Shown here: positions 18,750-28,857 of the stretch, piece after piece | How positions within the stretch are numbered: the first letter of the stretch is position 1 | How the letters are laid out: the number at the start of each line of letters is the position of its first letter | IMG/VR virus record: IMGVR_UViG_3300032212_000046 | Span: 1-41,627 of that record | Strand: one strand, 5' to 3' | Source of the DNA: a virus | Lineage: Duplodnaviria > Caudoviricetes | Length of the DNA: 41,627 nt | Notes under the pieces: generated by a model | Databases searched by the model: none | What the model saw: only the letters and a program-made list of their open reading frames with translations | What the model was told of the DNA's origin: nothing | Translations under genes and position numbers: made by a program

Positions 18750-19676
18750 ATGGGCTTTGTTAGTGACTTTTTTGGTGATGGAGACATTGGCGATATATTT
18801 GCAGGAGGCCAGGCGGATGTTTTGGACTTGTGGGGATTTCAGGCTGAAGATGAGGCAAGGGAGGCGGCAGAAGGTGCTTCACAAGCTCAAGAGAGCGCGG
18901 CGCGAGAAGGTTTAGCCGAAACAAGAAGGCAGTTTGATCTAACAAGGCAAGATTTAGCCCCGTGGCTAGCAGCTGGAACAGGCGCTTTAGAACTACAGCA
19001 AAATCTTCTTGGGGTTGGCGGAGTTGATGCGCAAAGGCAAGCTTATGCAAACTATCTAGAGTCTCCAGGTCAACAATTTTTAAGAGAGCGGGGCGAAAGA
19101 GCTTTGGTTGCTAACGCTTCCGCAATCGGCGGTCTTGGTGGTGGGAATGTTCGTTCAGCGCTACAACAACAAGGCATAGGTTTTGCTGCTCAAGATTTCG
19201 GCAATTATTATAATCGGCTTGCTGGTTTGTCGAGTACTGGACAAACAACAGGACAGCAGCTAGGTGGGTTTGGTGCTAACTTCGCTAGCAGTACGGCTGG
19301 GCTTTATGGGAATATTGGACAAGCCAGAGCAAGTGGCTTATTGGGTGCTCAACAAGCCTCTGCGCAGCAACAGCAACAAGCGACAGGCTTGGCGACAACG
19401 GTTGGCGGCTTTTTTCTTTCGGATAGAAGAATGAAACGGGATATCAGAAAGCTTGATCTTAAGAAATGCTATGATGATGTCATGGCAATGCCTCTTTATT
19501 CGTGGAAATACTTACAGGAAACAGGGTTAGATCAAGACGCTCACATTGGTGTGATGGTTCAAGACGCTCCAGCCATGATTAAACACGGAAACACTTTAAA
19601 CATTAATGACGAGCTAATGCTGATTGCTGGCGCTTTACAATATATGAAGAATGAGGGATTAATAAAATGCCATTAG
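18750..19676 (+). CDS. DNA ejection/pilot protein (P22 gp7-like) fused to a peptidase S74 chaperone domain
   Basis: ETRRQFD.TR..LAPW..AG..AL, ESPGQQFL, ASAIGGLGGGNVRSAL motifs; C-terminal SDRRMKRDI...YSWKY...HIGVMVQD. Confidence 0.85.
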   Translation: MGFVSDFFGDGDIGDIFAGGQADVLDLWGFQAEDEAREAAEGASQAQESAAREGLAETRRQFDLTRQDLAPWLAAGTGALELQQNLLGVGGVDAQRQAYANYLESPGQQFLRERGERALVANASAIGGLGGGNVRSALQQQGIGFAAQDFGNYYNRLAGLSSTGQTTGQQLGGFGANFASSTAGLYGNIGQARASGLLGAQQASAQQQQQATGLATTVGGFFLSDRRMKRDIRKLDLKKCYDDVMAMPLYSWKYLQETGLDQDAHIGVMVQDAPAMIKHGNTLNINDELMLIAGALQYMKNEGLIKCH

Positions 19677-20980
19677 TTACATCACAAGGTTATCAGTTGA
19701 TGCCGAATAATCTTGGCGCTATTCAGCAAGGGTTTAATCTTGGTCAAAATATACAGCAAGGCGTGTTAAGAACAAAGCTACAAAGAGAGGAGCAAGAAAA
19801 ACAAGAAAAGCTAAAAGGCTTGAGAGGGAAAGCGCTAGGCGTTGGAGATGGCGGTGAAGTGGAAAGAATTGTTAATGCCCCTGCAATCGAGAAAGAAACT
19901 CGTACGCTAATGGATTTGGGGCTTGACACTCAGGAAAAACGAAAATCAGCTAAAGATTTTTCTAGAAAAATAGAAAGCACACCAGATGACGAACTGCTAG
20001 ATGTTATTAATGAGAGAATAGGCGATATTACGTCGAAAGGTGGCGATCCAAGGGATACCATGCAACTACTTGAAATGACTCCACAACAAATAAGAGGCAC
20101 TACCGAGATGGTAGACATGATTATTGATCGCGATGCAGTTCGCCAAATGTTCGCAATTGACCCTCAGTCAGCCGCTAGCTTTCTGGATTCAATCGATCCT
20201 AGCAGAAGATCTAAAATGACTGGGGTTAAAAGAACATCATCTCAAAATGAGTTTGATCAATTTGCATCGATGCCAGAAGGAACGGAAGAGGAAAAACTAA
20301 GAAAAACCCAATTCGGTCGAATGATTGGTGCAATCGGGAAAGCCGCCTCGACTGAAGAAAAAATGCGATTAGATAAGTTTAGGAGCGCTTTAAAAATAGG
20401 TGAGTCTGGAAAGATAGAGTCTGGCAAATTAGAGGCTAAACTTAAATACAAGCCACTAATAGCAGAGTCGGTAAAAAAAGCTGAAGCAAAAGCAAAAGCC
20501 GAGGGAGAGGCTTTTAGCCTATTGAAAAAATCAGAAGCGGCTTTGCCTGGTCTCGAGGAAGCCACGAGAAAACTAAAAGAATTAGCGCCAATGGCAACAA
20601 GCACGATTGCTGGCAGAGCTTACGATGCAGCAGTCAAAGAGGCGGGGTTTGATACAACGGAAGGCGCTAACGCTAGAGCGAAGTTTATAGCAATAGTGAA
20701 TAATCAAGTATTGCCTCTATTAAAGCAGACTTTTGGGGCTGCGTTTACGGAGAAGGAAGGTGAAACACTTAAAGCCACCATGGGCGATCCGAACGCTTCG
20801 CCAGAGCAAAAAATGCAAACCTTAGACGCCTTCATCGATCAGAAAAAGCGTGATATAAAATCTTTGCAAAACGAACTAGATGAAGGTGGAACTATTGAAG
20901 AGTGGCGAGCCAAGAGAAAAGAACAAAAAGCACAAACATTGTCAGATGAAGATTTATTGAAAAAATACGGCGGTCTATAA
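19667..20980 (+). CDS. DNA ejection protein (P22 gp20 position)
   Basis: Helical Gln/Lys/Glu-rich protein between gp7- and gp16-like genes; LKQTFGAAFTEKEG motif. Confidence 0.7.
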   Translation: MPLVTSQGYQLMPNNLGAIQQGFNLGQNIQQGVLRTKLQREEQEKQEKLKGLRGKALGVGDGGEVERIVNAPAIEKETRTLMDLGLDTQEKRKSAKDFSRKIESTPDDELLDVINERIGDITSKGGDPRDTMQLLEMTPQQIRGTTEMVDMIIDRDAVRQMFAIDPQSAASFLDSIDPSRRSKMTGVKRTSSQNEFDQFASMPEGTEEEKLRKTQFGRMIGAIGKAASTEEKMRLDKFRSALKIGESGKIESGKLEAKLKYKPLIAESVKKAEAKAKAEGEAFSLLKKSEAALPGLEEATRKLKELAPMATSTIAGRAYDAAVKEAGFDTTEGANARAKFIAIVNNQVLPLLKQTFGAAFTEKEGETLKATMGDPNASPEQKMQTLDAFIDQKKRDIKSLQNELDEGGTIEEWRAKRKEQKAQTLSDEDLLKKYGGL

Positions 20981-23328
20981 TGCCAGACTTAATGACAGCT
21001 TTAAGAAACGCGGACGCGGCTGGTGATACCGAGGCTGCTGCTCGTATTGCTGGTATGATCAAAGCTCAAAAGCAGCCACAGCAAGAAACAGGCATTGAAC
21101 AGCCTAAAGTTGAACGATTTAAAAAACTGCTATTAAAGCAAGCTAGAGGCGAGCAGGGGCTGGATGGTGAAATATCATCACTTCAAAGCGAGCTAGGTCA
21201 ACAGCAGGCGGATAGACCAGAAAGGCAAGCCCCTCAGCCCACTCAAGAGCAGTGGGAGCAAGCCGGGAAAGGACAGGATATTACTGACATTTTCACCGGT
21301 AAAAGCAGAATGACACCAGAGATCGAGGCTATGCCTCACCTGGGTACTGCGCCAGAATTTAATGAGTTTTCCTTGTCGACAATCAAAGCCAATATAGGCA
21401 CGTTCACGACCGGCGACACAGAAGAGATTAAAAAAATATTTAAAAAACAGTACGGCGATAGAATTTCCTTTACAAAAGATTCAAAGGGAAACGATATTGT
21501 TAATTTCCCATCTGGACAATATGCGTTAAATAAGCCAGGGTTTTCGCCTCAGGATATTCCTAAATTCTTTGGAGATTTGGCAGCATTTACATATGCTGGA
21601 AGAGCTGGAACTGTTGCTGGTGCGGCAGTGAAAAGCGGTGCTGGTGAGGCGGCTTTAGAGGCCACGGACGTTTTACTTGGCGGCGATTTTAGCCCTCAAG
21701 ATGTATTGCTCTCAGCTGGGCTTGGCGGGGCTTTCAAAGGTCTTGAAAAAGGCATTGCTAATATTTACGGGCGGCTAAAAAATATTGGGGACGATATACC
21801 AGCTACGAGAGAAGCTTTGAAATCGGAAATGAAAAAAGAAACAGCGGATGAGTCTTTAGATCAAGTGGCTGACGCTATAAAAAAGGGAACGGATGAAGAT
21901 TTAGCCAAAATGGTTGACGCTGATCCAAGGTTTTACCAGGCGGCTGACGAAATGGGTATAAGTACAGAGCCTCTTGCTAGTTTTGCGAGCAGAAATCCTC
22001 AGTTTGTGGCTACCGAGTCGGCACTAGCAAGCGTACCATCAAGCCAGCTAGATGTGCAGTCTAAGGCATTCATAAAAGAAGTTTCAAAAAGGGCAGATGA
22101 CTTAATTGAAGGGTACGGTGGCACTTTAGACAAAGGTCAATTAAATGTAGAGTTTAAGAGAAAGGCTATTGAGGCGATTGATGATTTGGCATCGCAAGCA
22201 GATGACGCTTATGGAAAAATAGCCCAGTCATTGCCCAAGTCAAAAAGGTTTGATGCTAAAGAAACTGTTAGTTTTATTAATGAATTAGCCAAAGATTTAG
22301 GGGGTGTTAAAGAGCTTCCAACAAAGATAAAAACAATGCTTTCCAGATTGAAGGATAAGCCAACACTCGGCAAGATAGATCAGCTAAGAAGGGAAGTAGG
22401 GCAAGCTATCAATAAAAAATCTGGTTCTTTTAAGGATGTCGAATCAGGGCTTAATAAAGCTCTATATGCAAGGCTTAGAACAGATCAAGACTTAATCGCT
22501 AAAAATTCAGGAATGGGTGCGGTTACCGACTCAGCGAATAAGTTGATAATCAAAAGAAAACAGCTAGAAGATAATCTAAAAACTCTATTGGGTAAAGATT
22601 TAAACAAAGCGCTTTCAATTAATGTCGCTGGATCGCTTAAAGGGCTGGCAAAAGGTGATATACAAAGATTCAATCAAGTTATGAGCGCCATACCGCGAAA
22701 CCAAAGGCAAGAAGCTGTTTTAACTGCCATGAACGATGTTTTCAAAGGCGGCGGAGTCAATCAGCAGTCATTAAGCACAACGCAGTTTGTGAAGTGGTTC
22801 GAGTCTGTTGGTCGCAGCCCAACTGTCAAAAAAAGACTAATGGAAGAGCTACCCAGGGGTGCTAGAAAGGCTGTTACAAACCTTTACGTTCTCGCTAAAG
22901 GAATTTCGAAAGCCACAAGCGAAAGAGTACAAACGGGCAGATTAAACGCCATGTTTAATGAAGAGACAGGCTTTTTGAGAAAGATGGTTGGGAAAACAGC
23001 CCCATCTGTTGTCGCTCTGTCAACAGGAAGTCCCACTGCGGCAATGATAACAAATTCAACCGTAGAGTTTTTAAAGCAAGGTACTTCTGGCGCAAAAAGA
23101 GCGGCTGAATTACTCGCTAACGACGAGTTTAAAGCCCTGATACGAAATGCAGCAAAACAGGGCGTAATGGAAGGCAAGGCAGCAGTATTGCAAGCAGAAA
23201 AAAGCATAGCAAAAAACAGTATTTACCAGAAATGGAAAAACGGATTAAGCAAAAAACAAAAAAAAGAGTTAGAAAATTTGGGTTTAGTCAAATATTTATT
23301 TGCGTTTACTAGCGAGGAAAGAGAATGA
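20980..23328 (+). CDS. DNA ejection protein (P22 gp16-like)
   Basis: 782 aa helical; D.KGN.IV..PSGQYALNKPGFSPQD motif followed by a Gly/Ala-rich segment. Confidence 0.8.
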   Translation: MPDLMTALRNADAAGDTEAAARIAGMIKAQKQPQQETGIEQPKVERFKKLLLKQARGEQGLDGEISSLQSELGQQQADRPERQAPQPTQEQWEQAGKGQDITDIFTGKSRMTPEIEAMPHLGTAPEFNEFSLSTIKANIGTFTTGDTEEIKKIFKKQYGDRISFTKDSKGNDIVNFPSGQYALNKPGFSPQDIPKFFGDLAAFTYAGRAGTVAGAAVKSGAGEAALEATDVLLGGDFSPQDVLLSAGLGGAFKGLEKGIANIYGRLKNIGDDIPATREALKSEMKKETADESLDQVADAIKKGTDEDLAKMVDADPRFYQAADEMGISTEPLASFASRNPQFVATESALASVPSSQLDVQSKAFIKEVSKRADDLIEGYGGTLDKGQLNVEFKRKAIEAIDDLASQADDAYGKIAQSLPKSKRFDAKETVSFINELAKDLGGVKELPTKIKTMLSRLKDKPTLGKIDQLRREVGQAINKKSGSFKDVESGLNKALYARLRTDQDLIAKNSGMGAVTDSANKLIIKRKQLEDNLKTLLGKDLNKALSINVAGSLKGLAKGDIQRFNQVMSAIPRNQRQEAVLTAMNDVFKGGGVNQQSLSTTQFVKWFESVGRSPTVKKRLMEELPRGARKAVTNLYVLAKGISKATSERVQTGRLNAMFNEETGFLRKMVGKTAPSVVALSTGSPTAAMITNSTVEFLKQGTSGAKRAAELLANDEFKALIRNAAKQGVMEGKAAVLQAEKSIAKNSIYQKWKNGLSKKQKKELENLGLVKYLFAFTSEERE

Positions 23329-25934
23329 GCCGTTTTGTAATGCCTAGGCAGGGCGTAAGAGGTCAAAATTTAAGCCCCCATGACGGAGCAAAATTATACT
23401 TTAAAGTTATTGGCGAGCTTATCGGCGGCACTGATAAAGCTGTTTACACTGATGAGGCGCTCTCGATTGCAGCGACTAACCCGGTTGTTGCAGATAGCAC
23501 GGGGCTTTTCGAGGGATTGTGGCTGAATGGCGATTATGATGTTTACTTGAGGGATAAAGATGACATTTTGCTGTGGGGGCCTGAAACAATAAGAAGCTTA
23601 GTAGCCGAAACAAACGACGACACTCCTAAGTATTATTTAACTATGGCTGCGGCAGTTTCTGATGTTTCAAATTTGGTGGTAGGCGGTATTTTTTATGTTG
23701 CTGAGCGCTCTACTGGGAGTGGTGGCGGCGCATGGTGGAAGGCGATAGACGCTACAATATCACCAGGCAATTCACCTAACGAGATAGATATTGTTTCTGC
23801 TGGCTCATCTATAGCCTTTCAACACATAGATAACCGAATATCTTTACCATCTTTTGGCGCATCCGTAAGCCCTTCGGACTCTACATCAATAATCAGCAGG
23901 GCTGAATCGTTAAACAAGGATATTATTGTTGAAGATGGAGAATATTTGACAACGCTATCAACATTAGACGGGAATTATTCTGGCTTTGGTAGGATAGTAA
24001 CATCAACTCAAACGCTATATGACGGAAGAGCTAGCCAGGCAGAAACAGGTGTAGCGATATCTAACGATGCAGAATCAAGATTAATTTCCAGAGGAATAAA
24101 GGGCGCTCTAAAATCTAGCATTATGTTTAGCGATGATGTTTATACCGTTTATCAACATCGGGGTGCTGATATTTGGCTAGAATCTCTACTAACAAATAGT
24201 GGTACGGTTTCGGGCGGATCAGAAAATACACCCTGGAAGGTAACTCAACAAAAGCTATTGAAGTCCTCTGGCTGGCAAACAGTTAAAGATGCTACTACAG
24301 CAGGCACATGGAGCACTTTCAATTCTGGCGATCCTGCTGTGTATCCTGGTCACAGCGTCCTACAGGCAAGCCACAGCGCTGCGCAGCGCAGGACTATTAC
24401 TTGGACTGCGGTGTTTGGCGGCGATATTTACTTAATGTTCACGGGTGATACAGATGGTGGTCAGTGTACCGTCTCGATTGACAGAACTGCGACCAATATA
24501 ACGGCTGCCACGCTTGCAAATCCATGCGTAGTAACATCCACATCTCACGGACTTTCGACAGGAAACCAAACTAGAATAGATGAAGTTGTTGACGCAGGCG
24601 GCAATGACTTAGAGGCTGCTCTAAATGGCAAGGCGCACACTGTAACCGTTGTTGATGCAGACAATTTTAGTTTAGATGGGGTTGACACAACTGGTTTGAG
24701 CGCATGGAGTTCTGGCGGTGAATCGCTAAGAATAGATGCGGTAGTTGATCAGTATAACGTATCAGCGGCAAGCCATCGAGAAGAGTCTCTCATCACAAGG
24801 GGGTTAGATTCTGAGTCACACACGGTTGTTGTAGAAACCCTCATAACAGCCAATGCCTCATCAACAGGAACTCAATTAAACACAACCAGCATTAGAATTG
24901 AAAAAGGTAGTGTAGCCCCTTACTCTGACTTATTTCAAGCTAAGCCGTGGATCGCTGGAAATGTTTCTAGAGCTTATGAAGAAGTACAAGGCCCCACTGG
25001 GAGATTCTATTACACAGTTGCAGGAGGCACCAACGGATCAACTGCGCCTGTCCACATTAGTGGAACGGTTTCAGACGGTACGGTTGACTGGGTTTTTATG
25101 GCGAACACTTCATTCTCTCAGCAAGAAACAATATTCCAAGTCTCTGGAAGCGAAATGGAGTATGCTTATGAGATTGATTATGCTAGCGGCGGTGCACAAG
25201 ATATAGGTGGAAACTTGCATGGCGGCGAATTCAACAACAGTCTAACTGTCTTATTAGATCAAGAAGCTGAAACTTTAACGGAAGGCGTAACGTATATTGC
25301 TGAATTAATAACAATCCATCAAAACATCACTGATTTTTACGATCCATACGCAACAAAGACAGATGTTGCAACGGTTGATCAATTTCACGAATTCGACTGT
25401 AAGTCAATGCGTGTTAGATATGATGTTGATTGGCTAGTGAGCGCTAATGTGGGATATTTCTATTCAGCTATGTGGCCTATTCTTGTTTACAACGGCCCTG
25501 CCACTTACAAGGTTTTTGAAAAGATGTTCACGCCTAGAAGATCATTGGTATTTAATGATTACACCGGTGTATCCTCTGGCTTGATTGGAAATGCTAAAGA
25601 TTCATTCATGCAAGCGGACGGAAGGTTATTCGTAACAAGAGGCTCTGGAGGAGCTCCAACGTCTGACAACGGGACTATCGGGTTTAGTGTAGCGCTTAAG
25701 GCTGATATGGTAGGCATTGATTACTACAACAACTCTAACGAGTCCAACGCAGCATTAGCAATGAACCTTAATAGTGGATCATACACTGGATTTAGCTCAT
25801 GGCTCGGTAAAATGTATTTCCAGTATGCAGCTACAGGACAAGGGTTAGCCGTTACATCATCTGACAAGTTCAGCCACACAGCAACCTATTACACCGTTGT
25901 ATCACAGAATGACGGCGATTTAAGTTCACTGTAA
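23325..25934 (+). CDS. tailspike / tail fibre receptor-binding protein
   Basis: N-terminal particle-binding motif GAKLYF...VYTD...TNPVVADSTG.F..LWL.G.Y; multi-domain beta-rich body; last late gene before a terminator. Confidence 0.85.
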   Translation: MSRFVMPRQGVRGQNLSPHDGAKLYFKVIGELIGGTDKAVYTDEALSIAATNPVVADSTGLFEGLWLNGDYDVYLRDKDDILLWGPETIRSLVAETNDDTPKYYLTMAAAVSDVSNLVVGGIFYVAERSTGSGGGAWWKAIDATISPGNSPNEIDIVSAGSSIAFQHIDNRISLPSFGASVSPSDSTSIISRAESLNKDIIVEDGEYLTTLSTLDGNYSGFGRIVTSTQTLYDGRASQAETGVAISNDAESRLISRGIKGALKSSIMFSDDVYTVYQHRGADIWLESLLTNSGTVSGGSENTPWKVTQQKLLKSSGWQTVKDATTAGTWSTFNSGDPAVYPGHSVLQASHSAAQRRTITWTAVFGGDIYLMFTGDTDGGQCTVSIDRTATNITAATLANPCVVTSTSHGLSTGNQTRIDEVVDAGGNDLEAALNGKAHTVTVVDADNFSLDGVDTTGLSAWSSGGESLRIDAVVDQYNVSAASHREESLITRGLDSESHTVVVETLITANASSTGTQLNTTSIRIEKGSVAPYSDLFQAKPWIAGNVSRAYEEVQGPTGRFYYTVAGGTNGSTAPVHISGTVSDGTVDWVFMANTSFSQQETIFQVSGSEMEYAYEIDYASGGAQDIGGNLHGGEFNNSLTVLLDQEAETLTEGVTYIAELITIHQNITDFYDPYATKTDVATVDQFHEFDCKSMRVRYDVDWLVSANVGYFYSAMWPILVYNGPATYKVFEKMFTPRRSLVFNDYTGVSSGLIGNAKDSFMQADGRLFVTRGSGGAPTSDNGTIGFSVALKADMVGIDYYNNSNESNAALAMNLNSGSYTGFSSWLGKMYFQYAATGQGLAVTSSDKFSHTATYYTVVSQNDGDLSSL

Positions 25935-25958
25935 ACAAAACCTATCAACCCATAGAAC

Positions 25959-25985
25959 AATACCTCTTAAGTGAGGTATTTTTTT
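25959..25985 (+). terminator. Rho-independent terminator ending the late operon
   Basis: AATACCTC-TTAAGT-GAGGTATT followed by TTTTT. Confidence 0.85.
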
Positions 25986-26010
25986 GCCTGAAATAAATTC
26001 AAATTAATTA

Positions 26011-26039
26011 TTGCATTATTAAAACAATGCGCGTATAGT
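26011..26039 (+). promoter_or_regulatory. sigma70 early promoter with inverted repeat
   Basis: TTGCAT-17 bp-TATAGT, AT-rich upstream region; GCATT-N8-AATGC overlaps the -35 box and spacer. Confidence 0.75.
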
Positions 26040-26068
26040 TAACTTACTGAAACGAATTAAGGGAAAGT

Positions 26069-26272
26069 ATGACAGACAAATTCAAAAAGAAGCGTGGCGC
26101 TCCAACCAAGCCGCAAGAGGCGTTAAGACCAAACTTAAGCACAAGGATAGATCCTAAAACTAAAAGCTGGCTAGACACCGAAAGAAATAAGATTGGGACA
26201 CCTTACGGTGTCAGCATAGATAAGCTTGTGCAGGAAAAAATAGATAAGCTAGATTACGACTCACAAGGGTAA
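26069..26272 (+). CDS. putative ribbon-helix-helix regulator
   Basis: KRGAPTKP...NLSTRIDPKTKSWL beta-strand/helix pattern; first gene after the promoter. Confidence 0.6.
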   Translation: MTDKFKKKRGAPTKPQEALRPNLSTRIDPKTKSWLDTERNKIGTPYGVSIDKLVQEKIDKLDYDSQG

Positions 26273-26370
26273 ATTATGAAAGGCTACGAACCATTGCCAA
26301 AATCATCGCTTATATTCCGAGTAGCAGCTCTAGTTTTTATAATCTCTCTGTCAATTTATGAGATATCGCT

Positions 26371-26565
26371 ATGAAAACAGGCAATAGTTTTACTGACTTT
26401 ATATCAAGCAAAGAATACGGTAGATTCTTCGTAGTCACAGAAACAGAAGCTGAAGAAATCAAAGACAAGAACAAAAAAATAAAAGCTAGCGAAAAGCATA
26501 AACTGTTAGAAATTAGGCGAAGAATTGAAAACTATCAAATCAACAAAGAATTAGGATTAATTTAA
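26371..26565 (+). CDS. hypothetical protein
   Basis: 64-aa ORF in the early operon. Confidence 0.55.
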   Translation: MKTGNSFTDFISSKEYGRFFVVTETEAEEIKDKNKKIKASEKHKLLEIRRRIENYQINKELGLI

Positions 26566-26576
26566 AGGAGATTAAA

Positions 26577-26786
26577 ATGAAGCTAAAAGACTGTGCATAC
26601 GGGAAAATTGTTGTCAGCAGTGACAATAGGATAGGTATGGTTGTCGGTATTACCAATACTTGTCCTCATAGCGATTCTTCAGAAAGGTCAAAGCCAGAAA
26701 ATGCAAGGCCTTTAATTGAATGGGCTGGTGGAACAACTCACGCAATCCATCAAGGCAATATCGAGTTATACAAAGGGGGTCTTTAA
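26577..26786 (+). CDS. hypothetical protein
   Basis: AGGAG SD; 69 aa, SH3-like composition. Confidence 0.65.
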   Translation: MKLKDCAYGKIVVSSDNRIGMVVGITNTCPHSDSSERSKPENARPLIEWAGGTTHAIHQGNIELYKGGL

Positions 26787-26787
26787 A

Positions 26788-26979
26788 ATGAAATGGGCTG
26801 AAGTTATTGATATATATTCTATGACCGCCATACAGTTTGGCGCTGATGCGGCGACTCATGCTTATCTGGAAAGCAACCCTGAGCATGATAAATACTACGA
26901 AAATCTAATACAGTACTTTAACAACTTTATAGCTAACAAACAATTTGAAGACATGCTAGATAAAGAATTCGTGGAGTAA
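26788..26979 (+). CDS. hypothetical protein
   Basis: ATG 1 nt after the upstream stop; GGGGG SD. Confidence 0.55.
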   Translation: MKWAEVIDIYSMTAIQFGADAATHAYLESNPEHDKYYENLIQYFNNFIANKQFEDMLDKEFVE

Positions 26980-26981
26980 AA

Positions 26982-27224
26982 ATGAACACTAAAACACTCA
27001 AAGAGCTTGCTGATGAACTAGAAAGCTTGGTTGATGATAGCGGTCAATTTAAAAAATTCAAACGACCAGACGCGGCTATATCGGTTTTAACGATTGCTGA
27101 AAGATTGCGCAGTGAGTTGGTAGTTAGTCGCGAGTATGAAAGACGTACATCGATGCAGCGTAGAGAGTGTGATAGGGCGCTGCAAGAGCTTTCTAACTTG
27201 TCAGAGTTCAAAGACAGAGCATAA
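26982..27224 (+). CDS. hypothetical protein
   Basis: GGAG SD; 80 aa. Confidence 0.6.
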   Translation: MNTKTLKELADELESLVDDSGQFKKFKRPDAAISVLTIAERLRSELVVSREYERRTSMQRRECDRALQELSNLSEFKDRA

Positions 27225-27228
27225 GATT

Positions 27229-27471
27229 ATGAGCCTTGAATCGCTAGAAAGGGAGTTAGAAAAACTCTTAGAAGATAACGAAGAGGCTCAGAAAGCTCAA
27301 TGGGCTATCGATAATCGGCTAAAGCTATGTAAAACACCTTTACAGAGAGCTGAAATGTTACATGAAATGATGCTCGAATCACTGATAAGGCTTAGAGATA
27401 CGATAAACGGCAATACCATGCAGAAAGAAAAGTGTAATGTTTTATCATTCAAAGGAAAAGACAATGAATAA
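27229..27471 (+). CDS. hypothetical protein
   Basis: Likely start MSLESLE just after the previous stop. Confidence 0.55.
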   Translation: MSLESLERELEKLLEDNEEAQKAQWAIDNRLKLCKTPLQRAEMLHEMMLESLIRLRDTINGNTMQKEKCNVLSFKGKDNE

Positions 27472-27784
27472 AATAATAGCCGAAGCAAAAGAAACAATAT
27501 TTATAATCGTTGGAATGGTTTTGTCATTAGCTTTCTTATTGCTTTTAATAACATTCCCAATAACTGTAACTTTAATCATGATGACAATAAGCTACGCACT
27601 TGATAAATATGGAGATAGGTAAAATGAAAACAACTAACTTAAGCTTGTTATTGGCGCATCATCTTAGTGGTTATCCTCTATATCAAAGCCTGAAATTTAA
27701 GAACGACCACTATCCATCGAGATCAATAAACGGCGGTAGACCTATGTTCAAACAAAATAAACGCGCTCAAGCTAGGAAACTAAA

Positions 27785-27979
27785 ATGATTAAAAAATGGC
27801 ACATTATATTGTTTATGGTTTTATTACCCTACGCACTTTATTATTTGTTTAATGAAGCTAGCTCAGAGCTAGTTTCAATTTCTGTTATTGTTGGCGTATG
27901 TATTGAGGTTTCTTGTATGTTTTTTATTTCAGAGTATTCAGAAGAAGAAATCAACAAATTTTTAGGAGTTAAAAAATGA
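27785..27979 (+). CDS. small membrane protein
   Basis: Two hydrophobic segments; AGGA SD. Confidence 0.55.
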   Translation: MIKKWHIILFMVLLPYALYYLFNEASSELVSISVIVGVCIEVSCMFFISEYSEEEINKFLGVKK

Positions 27980-28157
27980 TTAACCCACCAAAAAGAATGA
28001 TTATTGGTCATTTAATTTGTTCGGATGTTCTGCATGTGTATGGGGAGAAAGCAATGGAGATGTATATTTATTTGAAGCTGGTATAACATTCGCAACTGAA
28101 GAAGATGCAGAAGAAAACTACAAAGCCATATTTGAACCATTGAGGATAGATAAATGA
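27976..28157 (+). pseudogene. frameshifted small gene (0 frame then -1 frame)
   Basis: AGGAG SD and ATG 27976; the -1 frame is open 27984-28157 and ends in an ATGA overlap with the next gene; A5 run at 27990-27994. Confidence 0.5.
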
Positions 28158-28366
28158 CAATATCAACCCATAAGCCAGAAACACCTTTAAAATGCCCTGT
28201 ATGTGATTATGACATGTTAACAGGTGAATGTGTTAGAACGTATGACGAAAAGCTAACAGTGTGTAGTTTGGGTTGCTGTATGCAATATAACGTAGATAAT
28301 GAGTATGAAAAGAATTCGCTAGCAAACTCTGAAACAGCTAGCGAAACATTAGCGGCACACTCTTAA
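28154..28366 (+). CDS. Cys-rich (Zn-binding-like) hypothetical protein
   Basis: CPVC...CSLGCC; GAGGA SD. Confidence 0.6.
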   Translation: MTISTHKPETPLKCPVCDYDMLTGECVRTYDEKLTVCSLGCCMQYNVDNEYEKNSLANSETASETLAAHS

Positions 28367-28730
28367 CTCCTTGGGGGTGTGTCGTATTTTTTAAAGAATA
28401 TAGGATTCAATAAAATGAACTACAAAGATGAAAGCTTTGATACTCTTGTTAAAGAGTGCGAGAGAAAGGATAGGGAGTTAAACCTGCTTTTGCTAAAAAG
28501 CGTTAAAGATGCTGCTCACGCTTGCGATTTATTTATACAATGTATAGACGAGGAAATAAGCAACGATGAATTATGGCGAAGGTGCGTTATTGAGACTAAT
28601 AAAATTCACGGTAACGGTTAATATTTAATAAAAAATGCAACAAGAGGGATAAATTATGCAACGCAAGGGTAACGCCCTATTGACTGACAATCGACCACTA
28701 GCCGCTTAATTGCGGCTTAGCTGGTAGTAA

Positions 28731-28851
28731 TAGATATTATAGGTGGTGTGATTAACGTGCAGCGGTGGCATTTAGCGTCACGGTATGACGATACTAGTAA
28801 ACTGGCGGTCATTAAAAAGACTAAATTAGCCACACCAACCTATAATATTTA
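28731..28851 (+). ncRNA. structured RNA unit G1
   Basis: TAGATATTATAGGT-GGTGTG pairs with CACACC-A-ACCTATAATATTTA; inner hairpin CGTCA-CGGTA-TGACG; non-coding. Confidence 0.55.
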
Positions 28852-28857
28852 GGTAGC

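Noticed and set aside
6454-23207. Numerous minus-strand and nested ORFs in the track
   Set aside because: All overlap well-supported + strand structural genes and lack recognisable motifs.
23325-25934. Diversity-generating retroelement acting on the tailspike
   Set aside because: No reverse transcriptase, and I saw no template/variable repeat pair.
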